A stretch of DNA of 64,000 nt from an uncultured delta proteobacterium (GCA_963716725.1 CAVQUB010000001.1:96001-160000), one strand, 5' to 3'. Shown: positions 42,146 to 52,822, numbered from the stretch's first letter. Made by a program: numbers and translations. Notes: generated by a model not told the origin, from the letters alone.

Positions 42146-42547
42146 CTACTCGATCAACAGTTCGAGCAGGTGTCGCTCGCCGAGTACGACGACCCTGGGA
42201 CGATCCTTGGAAGTACCCGGAGGGGTAAGTCCCAGAAGTGGGATGATGTGATCGAGGCAGTCGCGGCGCACGCTGCCCAGGAACCGCTCGCAGAACGCGT
42301 TGGCCTTCGGAGCTCGCACCGGCGTCTTCAAGACCTTCGTCCCGACACCGCGGGCGATGCGGTCGAACTCTCCGCCGTACTTGTCGTCCCGGTCTCGGAT
42401 CAAGAACCGAGGTCCCACACCGAGATCCGTTGCGTTCCGGAGTTGCTGCGAGACCCAAGTCGAGTCGGGGTTGTGGGGAACCGAGTCTCATCTCTTGCCG
42501 GGAAAGCGCAAGGATCACGCGACGCACTGGGTTTTCGCCACCCACAG
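42146..42547 (-). mobile_element. Repeat family A end fused to an integrase-core fragment
   Basis: PRFLIRDRDDKYG..APKANAFCERFLGSVRRDCLDHII..LGERHL; end gggttttcgccacccacag. Confidence 0.85.
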
Positions 42548-42803
42548 GGTGTCGCCGGTGAACGCAGAGATCCCGGTGAGCCGGACCGGCTACGAGCTCA
42601 GGCTCTGGCTGCCGGCATGGCGAAGAGCGCCGCTGAAGCCCAACGCTTCGAGGTCTGCGCGGGAGCGCCCACCGGCGGCGCGGCAACCTTGACACTCTCG
42701 TCGACGCCGCCCTATCGGCTCGTGAAATACCCGGGAGCTGAGGCCACCAACGACTTGGCCTTACAACTGCCGGGATCGGCCTCGTCGTGGTAGGCTTCGA
42801 GCG

Positions 42804-43037
42804 GTGGACACGGAGGCTCGATCCCGACGGGACGCACGCAAGCATTGGCGGGGGAGGATCTTTCGTTCCTGGGAGGACGCCGAGCGTTTCGACGTGTTGT
42901 TCTGGAACGAAATCCCGATTGACGAAAGAGCGCGAGTCACTTGGGAGCTGAGCCTGGAGCTGCATCGGCTGGCGCGCCCGGGCGAGCAGTATGAACCCCG
43001 ACTTTCTCGACATACTGCGCGCGTTACTCGCCGCTAA
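42804..43037 (+). CDS. Small protein, putative partner of the downstream nucleotidyltransferase
   Basis: 77 aa, FW..ER..WELS, overlaps the next gene. Confidence 0.65.
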   Translation: MDTEARSRRDARKHWRGRIFRSWEDAERFDVLFWNEIPIDERARVTWELSLELHRLARPGEQYEPRLSRHTARVTRR

Positions 43038-43461
43038 TGCACGTTTCATGGTCGTGGGCGCCTATTCCGTGGGCGTGCACGGGCGGCCTCGCGCCACGAA
43101 GGATCTCGACGTATGGGTGGAGGCGAGCGCGGAGAATGCGCCGAGGGTCATTCGCGCTCTCGAAGAGTTTGGCGCCCCGCTCATGGGGCTGACCGTGGCG
43201 GACCTCGAAACGCCCGGAGTCGGTCTGCAAATCGGGCGTGAACCACTCCGAATCGACATCCTCACGAAGTTGTCTGGACCCTCGTTTCTCGACGCGTGGC
43301 CGGATCACATCGAAGCCGACTTTGGCGAAGGAGTGCGCTGTCCCGTAATTGGTCTTGCTGCACTGCTGGCGAACAAGCGAGCGGCAGGGCGTCCGCAGGA
43401 CCTCGCCGACGTCGACGCACTCGAAAAGCTCTCCGCTGCTCTTAGGGACCGGAAATCCTGA
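42991..43461 (+). CDS. Nucleotidyltransferase-fold protein (putative toxin-antitoxin component)
   Basis: VVGAYSV..HGRPRATKDLD, IDIL, NKRAAGRPQDLAD. Confidence 0.85.
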   Translation: MNPDFLDILRALLAANARFMVVGAYSVGVHGRPRATKDLDVWVEASAENAPRVIRALEEFGAPLMGLTVADLETPGVGLQIGREPLRIDILTKLSGPSFLDAWPDHIEADFGEGVRCPVIGLAALLANKRAAGRPQDLADVDALEKLSAALRDRKS

Positions 43462-43682
43462 GCCCCCAATCGCACCCCACGACGAACACCGCTGGGCTCC
43501 GTCGCCGCTCGGGCGGTGGGCGGAGCGACCCGATGGGCGGCGAGGCGCCAGGCGCTGGGCTCGCACGCATCGTGGGCGTGAGCTCGAAGCGTGGGCGCGA
43601 CAAGCGTGCACCGCCGGCGCCTGTCACGCCTCCTGCGCCGTGAGTGGGCAAAGCCCGGCCGCAGCGCCGGACAGGAGTGGTG

Positions 43683-43806
43683 CTGCCTCCCCTCGCGTCG
43701 CTTCGCTCCGCGGTCCCCTCCAAGCCCGGTGCGCGCGATCGGAGGCGCCTTGCCAAGATCACTAGCGCCGTTTCGATGCTCGCGCGCACGCGGGCGGAGG
43801 GGACGC
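43683..43806 (+). repeat. Repeat family C hairpin module, matches ~60629-60752
   Basis: gtcccctcc..gcccggtgcgcgcga ... tcgcgcgcacgcgggcggaggggac inverted arms. Confidence 0.85.
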
Positions 43807-44177
43807 GTCGTCGAGAGAATGTGTGAGCGCGTGCGCGGACTCCGACATCGCCGAGGTCGACTCGCGCGCCCGCGCACACCGACGCGCCGGGAAAGCGCAA
43901 GGAGCGCGCGCCGCACCGGGTTTCCGCCAGGCACACCTTCGTTCGGGAGGACCCGACGCCGCGGCGCAGTGGCTCGCCCGGCACCAACACGACAAGCGCG
44001 TACGGGTCGAACAGAAGGCGACCGGCACGTTCGTCGCCGTGGTGGTCGCCACTCTGATCACGGCAGTGATCGCCGGGGGCATCATCGCGCTCGCGGTCTT
44101 CGTGAGGTGCTGACACTGATACGCGAAGGTGCGAGCAGGGGTTGTACCGTCCGGGAACCGTGTCGTAGGCTCCGCGC

Positions 44178-45380
44178 GTGAAGACATTCGCAGAGCTCGA
44201 GAAGGCCATCGCAGATCTCCCGGAGGCCGACTTCCGCGTCGTCATCGACCCATCGAACGCGCGCAGTGTGGACGCCGTGCCACCCGAACTCGCGAAGCTG
44301 TACGCGAAGTGGGGCTCGCTCGCGATCGAAGTGAACGAGTCGGTCTGGCCACGACCGAAGGAGTTCGAGGTCTTGCCGGCGTGGCGCTCCGCATTCGCCT
44401 TCCGGGTCTTCCCGCCGGAGAAGGCGCATCGCGTGTTCCTTCGACGTGTCGGAGCGCCCTGGAGCTTCGTCCTCACCGATACGGGCGTCGCGACGTGGCA
44501 GGAAGGCCAGGATCTCGAGCCAGAACCGGTCGACGCGATCGCGTGTATCGGGCGTGAGATCGACGCTCTGAAGCAGGGCCTCGATCTCCTTCGTCAGGAG
44601 TCGATGACTGCCGAACTCCTCGTCGATGCGGGGCGGAAGGCGCAGTGGACCGGCCCATCGATCGGACCTCTGCTGGAGAACCTGAAGCAGCGACCGGCGA
44701 ACGAGCTCGCGCCACACCTGCCTGAGCTGGTCGATGCGCTGCTCGCCGGCGATCAGTTCTCGATGGGCGTCCTCGACATCGTGGCCGCAGCCGGCCCGGA
44801 GGCGTTTCGTACGGTCGCGGAGTCGGTCTACGCGTACGAGGGCGCCCGACCCTACGTGATCGAGCTGCTGGGCAAGCTCGCCGACGCGTCGGCGCCGGCG
44901 ATCGCGATCTATCGCTCGGCGTTCGAGGGCGACGACGACGACGAGATCGATCACGCCCTCACGGCGGTGACCGCGATCGCGGCCACACCAGCCGCGAAGG
45001 CGCTCCTTCCGGTGCTGCGAGAGAAGGTCGCGACATGGGAGCCCGATCCGATGGGCATTGGGATCGCGCTGCTCGGCCATCTCGGTGAACCGCTAGCGCC
45101 GCTCGTGGAGCCTGTGCTTGCGGGCTTCAGCGGTAGCGAGCTTGGCGGTCTGCTGCGCGCGATGAAGGGGCTCTCGGTCGCAGACCTCGCTCCCGCGCTG
45201 CTCGCGAAGTTTCAGACGCTCGATCCGAAGGACCGCGGCACGATCGAAGCGATCGAAGGGCTCGTGGGCGTCGGCATCGAGGACCGCGCGCGTATGGAGT
45301 CGATCCTGCGCGACCACTTCATACCGCGCGGCGGTCGGTGGCAGGCGCGATCTGAGGCCGTGCTCGCGCGGTGGAAGTAG
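44178..45380 (+). CDS. Hypothetical protein, alpha-helical (HEAT-like) C-terminal half
   Basis: 400-aa ORF with host-like codon pattern and Leu/Ala helical repeats. Confidence 0.7.
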   Translation: MKTFAELEKAIADLPEADFRVVIDPSNARSVDAVPPELAKLYAKWGSLAIEVNESVWPRPKEFEVLPAWRSAFAFRVFPPEKAHRVFLRRVGAPWSFVLTDTGVATWQEGQDLEPEPVDAIACIGREIDALKQGLDLLRQESMTAELLVDAGRKAQWTGPSIGPLLENLKQRPANELAPHLPELVDALLAGDQFSMGVLDIVAAAGPEAFRTVAESVYAYEGARPYVIELLGKLADASAPAIAIYRSAFEGDDDDEIDHALTAVTAIAATPAAKALLPVLREKVATWEPDPMGIGIALLGHLGEPLAPLVEPVLAGFSGSELGGLLRAMKGLSVADLAPALLAKFQTLDPKDRGTIEAIEGLVGVGIEDRARMESILRDHFIPRGGRWQARSEAVLARWK

Positions 45381-45386
45381 CGCTCT

Positions 45387-45833
45387 TCAGAGGTCGAGGT
45401 CGTGCGCCTCGACGGCCTGCGCTCCATCCATGATGAAGCGGAAGCGCGGCGCGGGGTCTTTGCCCATCGGCTCATTGAGGATGCGATCCGTCTCGAGCTC
45501 ACCCTCGATCGTCACGCGCAACGCGCGGCGGCGCTTCGGGTCGAGCGTTGTGACCTTGAGGTCGGCGGCGTCCATCTCGCCGAGGCCCTTGAAGCGGCTG
45601 ACGTCGGGTTTGACGTTCTTCGGGAGCGCCGCGAGTATCTTGTCCCTCTCCGCGTCGTCGAGCGCGAAGTAGGTCTCTTTGCCCGCGTCGATGCGGTAAA
45701 GCGGCGGCATCGCGATGAAGACGTGGCCGTTGCGGATGAGCGCCGGCAGCACGCGATAGAAGAACGTGAGCAGCAGCGTCGAGATGTGGCAGCCGTCGCT
45801 GTCGGCGTCCATCAGCAGAAAGATGCGGCCGCG
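45387..45833 (-). pseudogene. Type IIA topoisomerase subunit B (ParE/GyrB) C-terminal fragment
   Basis: [36 protein letters not shown]; 5' part replaced by repeat A. Confidence 0.9.
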
Positions 45834-45971
45834 GCGGCCTGGCGGGACCGCAGGAACGACAGGACGAAGTGGAGCAGCGCAAGGAGGACCGCAGGCACGG
45901 GGAACCGAGTCTCATCTCTTGCCGGGAAAGCGCAAGGATCACGCGAGGCGCTGGGTTTTCGCCACCCACAG
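45834..45971 (-). mobile_element. Repeat family A left end
   Basis: ggggaaccgagtctcatctcttgccgggaaagcgcaaggatcacgcg...gggttttcgccacccacag. Confidence 0.9.
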
Positions 45972-45975
45972 GTGC

Positions 45976-46126
45976 TCCATGCCCGGTGGCGTCTTCTGCC
46001 TCGCAGTGACGGTCCGCAGGGGCAATCATTGCTCAGCCAGCCACCCGGACCTGCCTCTCGATCTCCAACCGACACGCGCGTACCCTGAGCTCAGTGGGTT
46101 TTGGCAGATGGAATTTCCTACGCGCA
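45976..46126 (-). repeat. Repeat family B (longest copy, minus strand starts TGCGCGTAGGAAATTCC)
   Basis: Matches 17243-17375 and 47339-47406. Confidence 0.85.
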
Positions 46127-46186
46127 TCTCTCGGATCCACGCGTACGCGCACCTCGGCCCATGATATCGTTGCCGCTGGAGCCGCG

Positions 46187-47008
46187 ATGTCTCGGTCGAA
46201 GCGGAATCTTGCATGGTTACCACGCTCCCGGCGCGGCACCGCCGGGCTCGCTCCGGCAATTGCCCACGGGCTGGCGAGGTTGGGGACACTGACGCTGTTG
46301 GCGTCGAGCTTCGATTGTAGCGGTGCGACGCGGGGCGGGAACTCGAACGCCTCGTCCCTGGCAGCGGTCACTCAGCGACCGCTGCCAAACGTGCCCGTCG
46401 ACGCAAGGGGCCCCGAGACCGGAGCGGAACCCTCGCTCAGCGCCGACGCGGGGCGCTCGGACGCTTCCGGTTCCCCGGCCGGTGGTGACGCCGCGCTCGC
46501 TAACGGCGCCTCAGATTCAGCTGGGATCATCGAGTCCGAAGAGCCGCTCGACGAGACGCCGACACGGCCGAAAGGGCAGCGTTACCAACCGCGGGGCAAG
46601 TGTGTGAACCCGCAACGTCACGCCGCGGCGCGAGTGGCCCAATCGATCCGCGGCGCGAAGACCGACGACTTCCTCGACTTCGTCAACATCATTGGGAAGG
46701 CCGACCTCGACGGTGATGGCACCCCGGATCAGATGCGATCTGGCGGTGGGGCAAACATGACGGAAACCTACTTGATCTATGTGATGCGAGGAGGCTACGG
46801 ACACTTTGTCGGCAGTATCGACGTGAACGCGAGCCTCAGCGCCCTCGAGGGTTACAGCAACGGCCTGCGCAGCCTCGGGGGGTTCGCGGGGTGCCAGCCG
46901 GCATGCTGTGAAAAACTCATGTGGACCGAGCTTCGATATGACGGTCGTCAATACCGCGTCGAGGAACAGCAACTGCGGCGAGTCAACGACTGCTCGAGCC
47001 TCCCGTGA
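46187..47008 (+). CDS. Putative secreted protein or lipoprotein
   Basis: Hydrophobic leader, low-complexity linker, DLDGDGTPD loop. Confidence 0.65.
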   Translation: MSRSKRNLAWLPRSRRGTAGLAPAIAHGLARLGTLTLLASSFDCSGATRGGNSNASSLAAVTQRPLPNVPVDARGPETGAEPSLSADAGRSDASGSPAGGDAALANGASDSAGIIESEEPLDETPTRPKGQRYQPRGKCVNPQRHAAARVAQSIRGAKTDDFLDFVNIIGKADLDGDGTPDQMRSGGGANMTETYLIYVMRGGYGHFVGSIDVNASLSALEGYSNGLRSLGGFAGCQPACCEKLMWTELRYDGRQYRVEEQQLRRVNDCSSLP

Positions 47009-47338
47009 CCAAGCTCATCCCGCGCTGAGCCGGCCGCGCGACCCTCACCAGTCGTTGGCTTCGAGCCAGTTGACGTCGTCGTCGCCCCCGCCTGATCGAC
47101 GAACCCATCGCCGAGGTGCGCGGCATCAGCATCCGCGCCGCTCAGGGCGTGGATCCGCCCGCGGCGATCAGCTCGAGCTGCTTGGCGAGAAGGACGACGC
47201 GCCGGTGCAGCGCAAACGATGGGCAATCTGCGTCGCGCGGCTGCGTGAGCAGCGACGCTCGTGACGCATGGGCGCAGTGCGCCAGACATCGCTCAGTTGA
47301 TGCCCGTCAACCCGGCGGCGGTCTCGTTGGCCGCCGCG

Positions 47339-47406
47339 CTCCAACCGACACGCGCGTACCGTACCCTGAGCTCGGTGGGTTTTGGCAGATGGAATTTCCT
47401 ACGCGC
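47339..47406 (-). repeat. Repeat family B short copy
   Basis: ctccaaccgacacgcgcgtacc..gtgggttttggcagatggaatttcctacgcgc. Confidence 0.85.
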
Positions 47407-47645
47407 CGCGCCCACGCCTCGTCGCAACCCCAAGCTCGCACCGCGAATCCCACCATCGCCGGAGATACTGCCGATGCTCGCCGACACCCCCCAACTGCCC
47501 CAGCTACCGGCTCCGACAATGCGCGACATCATGCGTCACGGCCGAGACCGAGGGCACGATCGCAAGGGCGTGAGCGAGAGCCGCAACGGAGCCGAGCCTT
47601 GCGGACAATTGACTCCTGGGTCAGGCGAGCCGAGCGTGGTCGGTA

Positions 47646-50258
47646 ATGACGCTCGGGTGTGAGCGGTTTACTAGCCTCGTGGAGCACGGTCACTTCATCG
47701 GTCTTCTCTCGGCATTGGGCTTGTCGTGCGCCCCATCATCAGCGCCGCGTGCCAGCGAGCCCGCGCCAGCGCGCGTTGCTGCGAGCCCCTGCGGCGCCGC
47801 CATCGAGCTGACGAAATCGCTGAGATCCGAGGGCCGTCTCGATCGCGCGGCTCGCACGCTCGAGCGCGTGATCCCGAGTTGCAACGGGTCCGAGCAGAGC
47901 GTCGCGCGCGCTCTCCAGCGCGAGGTTCTCGTCGAGCTCGGACCGGGTCCGGTATCGAAGGCCCAGCAGGCCGAGCCGCTCGCACCGCTGCGTGAGCCGG
48001 ACGCGGCCATGGTGAAGGGTGACGCGCAGGCGGCCCTCGCCGCGTACGAGAGCGCCTGGAAGAAGCAACAGTGGCATGCCCAGGCGCTGATCGGCGCGGG
48101 CTTCGCGGCTCGGATGCTGGGCAACGAGCGGCTCGCTCGCGCTCACTTCGACCGCGCGCTCACCGCGCTCGAGGCGCCGAACGGGGCGCGAGCGAGAGCG
48201 ACTCAGCTCCGAAACCCATTCGGGTCGCCTCCGGTGGTGAGCTTCAGCGCGCCGAACGAGTTCACCGGCGCCTCAATTCTCATGCGCCGCCATGGGCAGC
48301 GCTGGCTCCCCATGCAGATGCTCCCGGGCGGAGTTCACGGCTGGAGTCGGGGACTACAGGCAGCTCCGGCGGGTGACCGGCTTCGCTTGGTGGACCGGGA
48401 CGGCGTGGAAGTGATCACTCTCGACGGCTACACGAACTTCGTGGTCGCGTCCGACGACCAGCGCCTCGCAGCATGGTCGGACTCGAGGCAAGCGCTGTAC
48501 GATCTGCGAACCGGCAAGGTGATCGCCGAGCGTGCAGGCAAGGGCAGTCTCGCGTTCGGAGGAGCGGACGACAAGTGGCTGCTCGACACGGACGGTGGCG
48601 ACACGATCGTCCTCGACGGCCGATCGCTCGCCGAGCGGGTTCGAATTCGGGCGACGGAGCTGATTTTCCTCGACTCGCTCGAGCGCGTCGTGGCTCTCGT
48701 GCGCGACGCCGAGGGCCTCAGTTTCGCGCTGGAGCTCTGGGATCTCGGCAAGCGCGAGCGCATCAAGCGGTTTGCCGCGCGTGCGCAGGGAGATGGCATG
48801 TTCACCCACACCCTCGACGAGGAGAACAAGCGCTTCCTCTGGTGGGGAAGAGAGCTGGGCAGCCTCGATCTCGCGTCGGCGAATATCGCCATCCTCGGGC
48901 CTGCTCCGCACAACGGCGGGGACGGTGGCATTGCAGTAGAGGACGGTGGCAGGCGACTTTGCCTGGGATCCACTTTGCAGGGCTTCCGGATCTTGCCGAG
49001 CAAGCCCCGCCCCGGGTTCCGGCAGCGGTGCTATCGGAACTACCACACCAGGGGGCTCACCATCGCGGAGCTTCCGGAGCCCGCGAAAGGTCGCGCGCAC
49101 GTCGATCGCGCTCAGATGCTCACGGGCAGCTTTCTCATGGAAGACTACGAGGTCCTGAGCCCAGGCAGCGACTTGGTCGCGCGCCTGGAGCAGTCCTCTG
49201 CGAAGGAGCGCTACTTCGTCGCGATCTATTCGGTATCCACCGGAAAGCTCGTGCGCTTGCTGGACGTGGCCCCCGCCGGATCGGCAGCAGCGCCGGTGCT
49301 GCGTTTCTCCGCCGACGGCACTCACGTGCGGGCGAGGGGTTCGCAAGGTTCGCTCGTAGCCTGGGACATCCGGACCGGGGCTTCGAAGAGCGTCGAGGAA
49401 GAGGACGACCCGCCCGAGCGCTCGGAGCTGCCCGCTCAGCCCGCGAAACCCGAGGGCAGACTCCAATTCCGCGGAATGAGCTTCATTTGGAGCGGTAAGG
49501 CAGGGTGGTCTTGGTGGGATTTGGCCCGCGGGGTGCGCATCCACGGAGAGCGCCGCGGCTACGATGCGGTGCTGCTGTCTCCGGGTGGGCGCCGCGTCGG
49601 GCTCGTGGAACGAAAACGTCGGCCGCCAGACCACCGGGCGGCCTCGCTGACCGTGGTGGATGACACCGGAAAGTCCTCCCCGCCGCTCGCGGCGAGCGTC
49701 GACGGTCTCGAGTTTCGCCTGAGCGATGTGGGCCGGGTCGCGTGGTGGGGCACGGGTGGCAACTGGGTCGCGGATCTCGCAGCGCACGGCTGGCGCAAGC
49801 GGCAGATCGATTCGAAGGGCTACCCGGTCTTCATTTCTGCGGACGGCAAGTGGCTTGCGCTCGAGGGCCAGCATTACGTCGTCGAGAGCACCGACACCGG
49901 AGAAGTGGTCCCGTCGGGCCCGGCCTACAACGACTACGAGGTGTTCGTACGGGACTCCGACAAGACTCGATCTACCGACGGCAAGTGGTCCTTCGAAATG
50001 GAGCTCGGACGCACCGCAGCGGCCATCCGTCTCACTGCCACGGGCGAGGTCCGCGCCACAGTCCTGCCAACGGGTCCGGAGAGCGTGGTCGTGCTGCTCG
50101 ACGGCGGCGCCGTCGAGCGCCTCGGTCCGGCTGGACCGGCCGAGAACTTGGCCTGCGTCATCGGCAGCGGAATCGCGCCGTTCGAGGTCTGCGAGGAGCG
50201 CTTGCTCGTCCGGGGAGCGCTACCGAAGCTCGAGACCAAAACCTATCTCGATCCCTGA
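47646..50258 (+). CDS. Large lipoprotein, TPR-like region plus WD40-like propeller
   Basis: Leader ending GLSC, helical repeats, LYDLRTGK / LRFSADG / AWDIRTG blades. Confidence 0.8.
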   Translation: MTLGCERFTSLVEHGHFIGLLSALGLSCAPSSAPRASEPAPARVAASPCGAAIELTKSLRSEGRLDRAARTLERVIPSCNGSEQSVARALQREVLVELGPGPVSKAQQAEPLAPLREPDAAMVKGDAQAALAAYESAWKKQQWHAQALIGAGFAARMLGNERLARAHFDRALTALEAPNGARARATQLRNPFGSPPVVSFSAPNEFTGASILMRRHGQRWLPMQMLPGGVHGWSRGLQAAPAGDRLRLVDRDGVEVITLDGYTNFVVASDDQRLAAWSDSRQALYDLRTGKVIAERAGKGSLAFGGADDKWLLDTDGGDTIVLDGRSLAERVRIRATELIFLDSLERVVALVRDAEGLSFALELWDLGKRERIKRFAARAQGDGMFTHTLDEENKRFLWWGRELGSLDLASANIAILGPAPHNGGDGGIAVEDGGRRLCLGSTLQGFRILPSKPRPGFRQRCYRNYHTRGLTIAELPEPAKGRAHVDRAQMLTGSFLMEDYEVLSPGSDLVARLEQSSAKERYFVAIYSVSTGKLVRLLDVAPAGSAAAPVLRFSADGTHVRARGSQGSLVAWDIRTGASKSVEEEDDPPERSELPAQPAKPEGRLQFRGMSFIWSGKAGWSWWDLARGVRIHGERRGYDAVLLSPGGRRVGLVERKRRPPDHRAASLTVVDDTGKSSPPLAASVDGLEFRLSDVGRVAWWGTGGNWVADLAAHGWRKRQIDSKGYPVFISADGKWLALEGQHYVVESTDTGEVVPSGPAYNDYEVFVRDSDKTRSTDGKWSFEMELGRTAAAIRLTATGEVRATVLPTGPESVVVLLDGGAVERLGPAGPAENLACVIGSGIAPFEVCEERLLVRGALPKLETKTYLDP

Positions 50259-50375
50259 CGAACGTGAGTGCTCGGCGGAGCATCCTGAACCTGGCGGCGG
50301 TAGGCAACGAGCGGCAGACGGAGCTCTCAGATGGTCGAGGCTCTCTCTTCCCGGCCGCCGTGATATGGGGCAAGT

Positions 50376-51521
50376 GTGCGCGTCTTGACGGGACTCCTGT
50401 GCGGGGGGCTTTGCTCGGCCGTCGCGTGCGAATCGAAGCAATCCATCGAGCGATCGCCGTCCAGCCCGCCTCCGATCGCGATGCAGCCCGCCGTGGAAGC
50501 CGGCCCGACCGTCCCGCCGGAGCGCCGAGCCGGGATCCGCATCGTGGTGGATGCCGAGCGGCTCTCCGTCGATGGGCGTCCCGTCGGAGCTCGGAGCGAG
50601 CTCGGGGCGGGGGAAAAGAAGCTGGTAAAGAGCCTGGCGCGGGCGTCGGCCGAGCGCCGCGGGCTGTGGGACGACCTCCACCCCGGCGAGCCGTTCGACG
50701 CTTCGAGCGACTCGACCGTGCCGCCGGATCTCACCTGGATGGAGGGAGCCAACTTGGTCGCCACGCTGGCTTTCGCCCACCATCCAGGCCCGCACACGGT
50801 GCACAGCGGCGACAAGAGCTTCACGTTCGACTTCTACGTTCGGCCACCACCCGAAGCGCCGCAGCAGCCGAAGCGCTTCGTCGAGCTTTGTCGGTCGACC
50901 GAGGGGTGGTCCGTGCGCTCCGCCGAGGACCGGTACGTGCCGATTCACGAGCTCGTCTTTTCGCCGTGGCGACCGCTCACGAATGCCACGCTGGGCAAGC
51001 TCCTGGGCGAAGAATGCGCGGCAGGGTGCTCCAGCTTCTCCATCGGCGCAGCGAGCGCGGTTCACCCCTGGCGGGACGTGCTCGAGATGATCGCGGCTGT
51101 TCGGCGCGCGAAGCCCGACCCTGCTCTGCCGCTCACGTTCACGGACTGCGAGCGGCCGCCTGCCGAGCAGACACCGGCGCGCGTCGTCAAGCAGGGAAAG
51201 GTGTTGCCGGGCGAGATTTCCGTGAAGGGCGCCCTCCCCGCGGAGGTCGTGAGCCGCATCGTGCGCCAGAACTTCGGACGCTTTCGTTTCTGCTACGGGG
51301 ACGGTCTCGCGCGCGATCCGAGGCTCAAGGGAAGCGTGACTGCGCGCATGACGATCGACTCGACCGGCGCCGTGTCGAACGTCGCGAACGCGGGCTCGAA
51401 GCTTCCGGACGCGGCCATGGTCAAGTGCGTGCTCGGGGCTTTCCACGGACTGACCTTCCCCCGGCCGGACCACGGCAGCGTGACGGTGATCTACCCCCTC
51501 ACGTTCGGGCCCGCGCCCTGA
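50376..51521 (+). CDS. Lipoprotein with AgmX/PglI-like (TonB-C-like) C-terminal domain
   Basis: AVAC leader; IVRQNFGRFRFCY..LARDPRLKG..CV...LTFPRP..VTVIYPLTF. Confidence 0.8.
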   Translation: MRVLTGLLCGGLCSAVACESKQSIERSPSSPPPIAMQPAVEAGPTVPPERRAGIRIVVDAERLSVDGRPVGARSELGAGEKKLVKSLARASAERRGLWDDLHPGEPFDASSDSTVPPDLTWMEGANLVATLAFAHHPGPHTVHSGDKSFTFDFYVRPPPEAPQQPKRFVELCRSTEGWSVRSAEDRYVPIHELVFSPWRPLTNATLGKLLGEECAAGCSSFSIGAASAVHPWRDVLEMIAAVRRAKPDPALPLTFTDCERPPAEQTPARVVKQGKVLPGEISVKGALPAEVVSRIVRQNFGRFRFCYGDGLARDPRLKGSVTARMTIDSTGAVSNVANAGSKLPDAAMVKCVLGAFHGLTFPRPDHGSVTVIYPLTFGPAP

Positions 51522-51595
51522 GTGGGCTCCTGCTCGCGGCGTACGTCGTGCGTGGTCGAGCAGGGCCTCGAGGGGCCTTGGAGGCGGCGTGATCG

Positions 51596-52310
51596 TGTGG
51601 GTGGCGAAAACCCAGTGCGTCGCGTGATCCTTGCGCTTTCCCGACAAGAGATGAGACTCGGTTCCCCAATGCGTGCGGATCGGAGTCCGCGTCAGCGACT
51701 CGACGGTGCGGAAGTACAAGCCAAAGCGTCGAGGGCCGCCGTCCCAAACATGGCGGACGTTCCTCGAGAACCACCTGGACTGCACCGTCGGCATTGACTT
51801 CTTCGTGGTCGTGACCGCGACCTTTCGCATTCTGTACGTGCTCGTCATCGTTTCGCACGAGCGCAGGCGCGTCGTGTACTTCGACGTCACCTCGAGCCCG
51901 TCGGCGCAGTGGACTGCGCAGCAGGTGGTCCAGGCCTTTCCATTCGACACGGCCCCCAGGTTTCTCATCCGAGACCGACGCGCTGCGCGACGACCCTGGG
52001 AAGTCCCTGGCGAGCTGGCGAGGGATACCCGAAGGGGTGCGACAGCATTTACGGCGCGTTCCTGCGAAAGCGCATCGGCGATCTCGGAATCGAGGAAGTG
52101 CTCACGGCCAACCGCTCGCCGTGGCAAAATCCATACTGCGAGCGCTGGATCGGGACGGCTCGTCGCGACTTGCCCCTCCGGGCACTTCCCAGGGTCGTCG
52201 GTAGGTCGCGTCGTCGAGCTTCCGAGGGTCGGCGGATTGCACCACCGAAACACGAGGCTCGCAGCGTGATCACGATTCTGCCGGCGAAGTTGGGTTTTCA
52301 CCACCCACAG
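51596..52310 (+). mobile_element. Repeat family A internally deleted copy with both terminal inverted repeats
   Basis: tgtgggtggcgaaaaccca ... tgggttttcaccacccacag; SQTWRTFL..DFFVV..RRRVV, SPWQNPYCERWIGT, GGLHH. Confidence 0.9.
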
Positions 52311-52634
52311 GAGGCAATTAGGTACTACAAGAACCGCCGCGACGCGCTCTTCCGATTCGTCGACGACCCCATGGTCCCCATCGACAACTCTCCCACCGAG
52401 CGGGAGTTTCAGAATGTCGCCAAGCTCCGCCTCAACATGCTCTTCGCCGGCAGCACCGAGGGCGCACACCGCGCCTGCGTCCTCCTCGGCATCGTTGCCA
52501 CCTGCCGCGCCCAGGGCGTCCCCGCGCAGGCGTAGCTCGCCTGGGCTCTCGAGCGCCTCGGTACCCACCGCGACAGCTTTGCGCTGCCGCTCGAGGCCAT
52601 GACGCCTGCGGCCTTCAAGAAAGCGCTGGGCTGA
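52311..52634 (+). pseudogene. IS66-family transposase C-terminal remnant
   Basis: VPIDNSPTERE..NMLFAGS.EGA..ATCR..GV with internal stop. Confidence 0.85.
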
Positions 52635-52822
52635 TCCCCACGCACGATTCTTCGCGACCCGCATCCCGGCGTCGCTGATGGGTCACGTTCTTCCAGCTTG
52701 CCGAGTGGCGCATGTCTGCGACGGCCAGTTGACTTGGGGGAGCCCCGGCTCGGCAGTCGCGGCGCGCACCCACGCGATTTCGCTTCACCACCTAGCACCC
52801 GGTCCGGCGTACGCTGGCCTCC

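Noticed and set aside
50376..51521. Gliding motility gene cluster
   Set aside because: Only one AgmX-like domain; no agl/glt neighbours
50220..52664. 814-aa minus-strand ORF
   Set aside because: Antisense read-through of a lipoprotein gene, a repeat A copy and an IS66 remnant; no coherent domain
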